Source: an uncultured bacterium
GTDB lineage: Bacteria; Oederibacteriota; Oederibacteriia; Oederibacteriales; Oederibacteriaceae
Assembly: GCA_965112635.1 (NCBI GenBank)
Contig: OZ218778.1
Span: forward strand, 2,176,001-2,240,000
Length of the DNA: 64,000 nt
Direction of reading: 5' to 3'
A program made the translations under genes and the position numbers. Below the pieces are notes generated by a model. It saw nothing but the letters and a program-made list of their open reading frames with translations. It did no database searches and had not been told where the DNA came from. The first letter of the stretch is position 1; each line of letters begins with the position of its first letter. This document shows, piece after piece, positions 61,684 through 64,000 of the stretch.

Positions 61684-63068
61684 GGAAGTTTAAGATTAGA
61701 AATTTTAGGGAATACAAAAAAAAGCAAATAGCAGTTTCTGTCATCCTGATATTTTCAGCGATGTTTTTGTGTCTTGAGCACGGGATTTGCCAGAACAGCG
61801 GGAATAGTGTTCTGACCGTCACGCCTCAGGCTATGACCAATACAAGCGTTGTGGCGGGGCTTATCCAAAACCTGACCGGAAAAGACGACCAGGCTGCCAG
61901 CCGAGCGGCAGACCAACTAGGTGATATGTCTATCGAGGCCAGGGACGCCGTGCCTAGCCTAATTGAGACGCTCAAAGATCAGCAGCGCTCCGTGGTCGTG
62001 GGTTCAAGCGCAGCCAGGGCGCTGGCCAGGATTTGGCCCTACGAGAAAGGGACTATCAATGCTTTGGTGGATGCTCTCAAGGACAGCCGTCCACCTGTGC
62101 GCATTGCCGTGGTCAATGCCGCGGGTTCAATCCAACCGGTCCGCAAAGAGGTTTTTGACGCATTTTTGGATATGCTGAAAAGCAGTAGCGAGTCCGACGG
62201 CATCAAGATGAATGTCGAGGATAAGCTAGGGGAAATGTGGCCCTATGATAAAAAAGCGGTCTTGCGGGCCTTGTATGGCGCATTAAAAGACCGCAGTCCT
62301 TATGTCCAAAAAGAGGCTATCCATGTGTTTGGTCAGATGGGGCCTGAAGCCAAGATTTTGCTGCCCATTATTCAGGAGGCCAGGAAAGACCCGTCCCTGG
62401 TTCCTGATATAGATGAAGCTGTGCAAAAAATAAATACTCCTGCTCACCTCGCAAAACCAGACCCAGGGGTCGTGGACTTGTACGGTGGGATCAATTTCAA
62501 GTACATGGTGTTCATGCATTTAAAAACAGAGGGGGACAGATTGACCGGGGATTACAATTACGGCAATCCCAATGATTATTTGCTAGTTCATGGAAACATG
62601 AACGAGTTTGATGAGTTCGATATGGACGGGAACTATGAAGGAACAATGCATTTCACCAAGGTGTACGGCCTTTACAAGGGGGAGTGGCAAAACGCAAATA
62701 AAACCAAAGTCTATCCTTTTTTCGCGGTTCCCCAAAAAAATATTTTCAGCACTTCCTATGATCTTTTTAGGGAACAATACACGGTACAGGTCGTGGGCAG
62801 CATCAAGAACATGGCTGACATGCAATCCCTGGAGATTACCCGCAATGGACAGTCGTTCACCGGGAACCACAAAAAGAACGGCCGCTTCCTGGCACTGGTT
62901 GGCCGCATCCAGTCGTCGGGTCTTGTTTCTCTAAGGGAAGTGGATGCCCAAAAAAAGGTAATAGGTTCATTCACGGGAAAAATTACGAATAGGGGGAGCT
63001 TTTACGGGGAGTATCAGGACTTTTCAAGCATGTCTTCCTGCCCGTTCTTTTTTGTAGTTTCGAATTGA
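61680..63068 (+). CDS. Secreted HEAT-repeat protein with duplicated C-terminal beta domain
   Basis: AADQLG, AVPSLIETLKD, ALVDALKD..P.VR; two similar units ending G.W/Y......PF. Confidence 0.8.
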   Translation: MRKFKIRNFREYKKKQIAVSVILIFSAMFLCLEHGICQNSGNSVLTVTPQAMTNTSVVAGLIQNLTGKDDQAASRAADQLGDMSIEARDAVPSLIETLKDQQRSVVVGSSAARALARIWPYEKGTINALVDALKDSRPPVRIAVVNAAGSIQPVRKEVFDAFLDMLKSSSESDGIKMNVEDKLGEMWPYDKKAVLRALYGALKDRSPYVQKEAIHVFGQMGPEAKILLPIIQEARKDPSLVPDIDEAVQKINTPAHLAKPDPGVVDLYGGINFKYMVFMHLKTEGDRLTGDYNYGNPNDYLLVHGNMNEFDEFDMDGNYEGTMHFTKVYGLYKGEWQNANKTKVYPFFAVPQKNIFSTSYDLFREQYTVQVVGSIKNMADMQSLEITRNGQSFTGNHKKNGRFLALVGRIQSSGLVSLREVDAQKKVIGSFTGKITNRGSFYGEYQDFSSMSSCPFFFVVSN

Positions 63069-63457
63069 GATTAAATAAATTGATACAACCATTCCGAGTT
63101 GATTCAACTGGAGTTGATATTTTTGATTCTTATTTAAAGGATATGGAGAGAGCTGCTGCAAGCGGTGTGTTTCTTGAAATTAGGTGGATGTCACCAAGGG
63201 AGTATTTTCAAATACTTAAAAAGGAATGGCACCCCAAATATATAAGATGGTTGTGGATGAGTTTGATGACATGGTATTGGTGTAGGCAGATTAAAAAAGA
63301 AATGCAAAAGGGCATTATGTTTAATTTGCCTTGGATAGATTATTCTCCAGATTACGGAATGCATCAGGATGGTGGTCATCGTATTAAAGCAGCTTGGCGA
63401 TTAGGAATTAAATCTATGCCAGTTTTAATCATTACTCATTCTGAAAAGTTAACCTGA
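63065..63457 (+). CDS. Small ParB/Srx-like domain protein
   Basis: QDGGHRIKAAWRLGIKSMPV resembles the DG.HR..A...G...VP motif. Confidence 0.55.
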   Translation: MRLNKLIQPFRVDSTGVDIFDSYLKDMERAAASGVFLEIRWMSPREYFQILKKEWHPKYIRWLWMSLMTWYWCRQIKKEMQKGIMFNLPWIDYSPDYGMHQDGGHRIKAAWRLGIKSMPVLIITHSEKLT

Positions 63458-63618
63458 ATTTGATAAAAAGGGTCGGGTTGGACTTGCAAAAAGAAATAGA
63501 CCCTAGGCAAACATTGAAAATCTCCGCATCACAAAATATCACATTTTTAAGTATTCCTTCGATCTTTCTGAAGTGGAACTTTACTGTGATAGTCTTGTCT
63601 AATTTTTCAGGAGCACGG

Positions 63619-64000
63619 ATGCGCGTAAAACTACTGGTGTTGGCAGTTTTTGTAATTACAAATGCGGCTTTGCTGCAGGCCAATATTTATACGGTGGGTC
63701 CCGGCAAAACCTATGCCAGTTTGACCGCCATGCATACCGCGGTGGGGAATTTGCAGCCCGGGGATATTGTGCAGGTCTATTATAAGGCCTCCCCGTATTT
63801 TAATGAGGCCATCAAATGGACGGAGAGCGGAACAGCCGTCAGCCCCATCACCATCGTGGGCATAGGTTCGCCAAAGCCGGTCATCGATGGGACAGGTCTT
63901 GACGTGACCGGTGCCGGGGCTGTCCCCAGGGCGCTTTTTCAGATCAACGGCAGCCATTGGGTCATAGACAATATCGAATTCCAGAACGGCTGGAACGATT
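63619..64000 (+). CDS. Secreted right-handed parallel beta-helix protein (truncated at window end; not in the ORF track)
   Basis: AGGAG then ATG: MRVKLLVLAVFVITNAALLQANIYTVGPGKTY...LQPGDIVQV...GTAVSPITIVG...PVIDG...WVIDNIEF. Confidence 0.8.
   Translation, partial: MRVKLLVLAVFVITNAALLQANIYTVGPGKTYASLTAMHTAVGNLQPGDIVQVYYKASPYFNEAIKWTESGTAVSPITIVGIGSPKPVIDGTGLDVTGAGAVPRALFQINGSHWVIDNIEFQNGWND

Noticed and set aside
63432-63957. Minus-strand ORFs 63432..63683 and 63631..63957
   Set aside because: Overlap the + strand beta-helix gene starting at 63619, which has an RBS and signal peptide.

Overview
64 kb of a bacterial chromosome from a diderm, probably an uncultured lineage (inference from PorV-family outer-membrane proteins paired with Thr-rich, T9SS-CTD-like cargo). 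Most genes are on the + strand. Housekeeping blocks: trxB, sppA, xseA-xseB-ispA-DUF212-dxs, a MoxR/Bat VWA operon, gap-pgk-tpiA-secG, mutL, miaA. No rRNA, tRNA, CRISPR array or transposase was recognised. Main anomalies: (1) an 1844-aa protein with no signal peptide, in which a HicB-antitoxin-like N-terminal domain is fused to a beta-propeller, about 13 Ig/FN3-like modules and a degenerate CTD; (2) two intact 'CTD cargo + own PorV' gene pairs plus a collapsed remnant of a third; (3) a 2.36-kb gene-free region after miaA with a dif-like Xer site, a family of 25-bp pseudo-palindromes, a DnaA box and a GC-rich foldable block, followed by a membrane-anchored winged-helix protein; (4) a URO-D-like gene between mutL and miaA, bracketed by heptamer/direct repeats; (5) an accessory tail (Sel1, Sel1-caspase, HEAT, ParB-like), three of whose genes are preceded by a shared intergenic motif. 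All calls come from reading motifs by eye; no searches were run.
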